A stretch of 64,000 nucleotides of DNA from Minisyncoccota bacterium (GTDB taxonomy: Bacteria; Patescibacteriota; Minisyncoccia; JBAYJV01): the NCBI GenBank assembly GCA_041664925.1, contig JBAYJV010000001.1, positions 213,438-277,437 on the forward strand. Reading direction: 5' to 3'. Below are positions 63,306-64,000 of the stretch, piece by piece. Every line of letters starts with the position of its first letter. Position 1 is the stretch's first letter. The position numbers were made by a program, and so were the translations under genes. The notes beneath the pieces are model-generated. The model saw only the letters and a program-made list of their open reading frames with translations, had not been told where the DNA came from and did not search any database.

Positions 63306-63653
63306 TTATGCTTTCACTTTCGTCACAATCTTTTCAAATATAACCGGATGATTTTCAGCTAAGTTAGCCAAAATTTTTCTATCAAGCTCGATTTTTTTCT
63401 GCTTCAATATATTGATAAACTTTGAGTAGGTTAAACCATATTGACGAACACCGGCGTTAATCTTTATCTGCCAGAGCTGCCTGAAATCCCTCTTTCTAAC
63501 GCGTCTATCGCGATAAGCATAAGTAAGAGCTTTATAGACGGCTTGTTTTGCCGCAACATATTTTGATTTGCGACCCCATCTGTAGCCCTTTGCCATTTTT
63601 ATAATAGCTTTTTTTCGAGCTCGTTTTGCTTTTGATCGTTTTACTCTAGCCAT
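63306..63653 (-). CDS. rplT: 50S ribosomal protein L20
   Basis: [15 protein letters not shown]... Confidence 0.85.
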   Translation of the reverse strand: MARVKRSKAKRARKKAIIKMAKGYRWGRKSKYVAAKQAVYKALTYAYRDRRVRKRDFRQLWQIKINAGVRQYGLTYSKFINILKQKKIELDRKILANLAENHPVIFEKIVTKVKA

Positions 63654-63657
63654 TTTT

Positions 63658-63843
63658 TTATTTTACAGCCTTTCTAATTTGGCGCGCAACACATTCAGGA
63701 AGCACTCGAGGATTGCGTTTTTTTCTTCTGTCTTTTCCTGATAATTTTGATCGGAAATGATCTTGTCCAGCGCCACGATAAACAACCTTACCATTTCTGG
63801 TAATTTTGAATCTTTTTAAAATTGATTTTCTTGTTTTTTTCAT
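63658..63843 (-). CDS. rpmI: 50S ribosomal protein L35
   Basis: 61 aa, Lys/Arg-rich, upstream of rplT. Confidence 0.8.
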   Translation of the reverse strand: MKKTRKSILKRFKITRNGKVVYRGAGQDHFRSKLSGKDRRKKRNPRVLPECVARQIRKAVK

Positions 63844-63871
63844 AGTATTGTTCTAATTTTCTGAAAAATAC

Positions 63872-64000
63872 TTACTTTCTTGAAATGGTCATTTGTATTC
63901 CTTTAGGATTGTTCTTTGGTGCTTGCTCTACATTGTATGCCTCTGATATCTTAGAGAGAAAATTGTTAAGCTTTTCTTTAATTACATCTATGTGTGCTTT
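63872..64000 (-). CDS. infC: translation initiation factor IF-3, C-terminal part (gene continues past window end)
   Basis: ...EAYNVEQAPKNNPKGIQMTISRK* resembles the IF-3 C-terminus; infC-rpmI-rplT synteny. Confidence 0.6.
   Translation of the reverse strand, partial: KAHIDVIKEKLNNFLSKISEAYNVEQAPKNNPKGIQMTISRK

Overview
This 64 kb window is an AT-rich, tightly packed bacterial chromosome segment. The backbone is housekeeping: nusB, rpmF, tsaC, idi, glmS, leuS, two class A PBPs, rpmH-rnpA-yidC, efp, udg, rubrerythrin plus desulfoferrodoxin, yebC-ruvC, four tRNAs and rpmI-rplT-infC. The gene content (short YidC, Rbr/SOR, many orphans) suggests a small-genome anaerobe such as a Patescibacteria/CPR lineage, but this is inference only. 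Between the housekeeping genes sit at least 20 small orphan ORFs. By eye their G+C is clearly higher than the surrounding genes. Each is built as its own cassette: a near-consensus sigma70 promoter (TTGACA-16/17-TAnnAT), a short transcribed box AGTTCTT at about +1, often a modular 5' leader (GC hairpin, GTAAGAGTTTCTAAGCTCAC, then GCTAAGAATCTCTAAnGGAGG), the ORF, and a GC-hairpin terminator. The terminators and leader hairpins are drawn from a few recurring repeat families, and some cassettes are flanked by 50 to 60 nt direct repeats. This leader/terminator repeat system is the main novelty candidate. Other notable points are listed below.
- leuS carries five in-frame insertions built from tandem heptamers (AAATCCG/AAATACG), each encoding EIRN(P/T)K-type peptides.
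- A promoter-driven structured ncRNA of about 150 nt follows the tRNA-Arg/Met/Lys operon.
- A cluster of ATP-grasp ligases sits with a FemAB/GNAT-like protein.
- A 7TM protein is coupled to a RimK-like ATP-grasp fused to a DTGA aspartic protease.
- An AT-rich pair links a three-Cys radical-SAM-like protein to a TcmP-like methyltransferase.
- A PolX-Nudix fusion overlaps ogt.
- A membrane-anchored Clp-like ATPase has a degenerate D1 module.
- A small gene near 54.5-54.8 kb looks frameshifted.
All calls rest on reading the sequence and on motif knowledge. No database searches were run.
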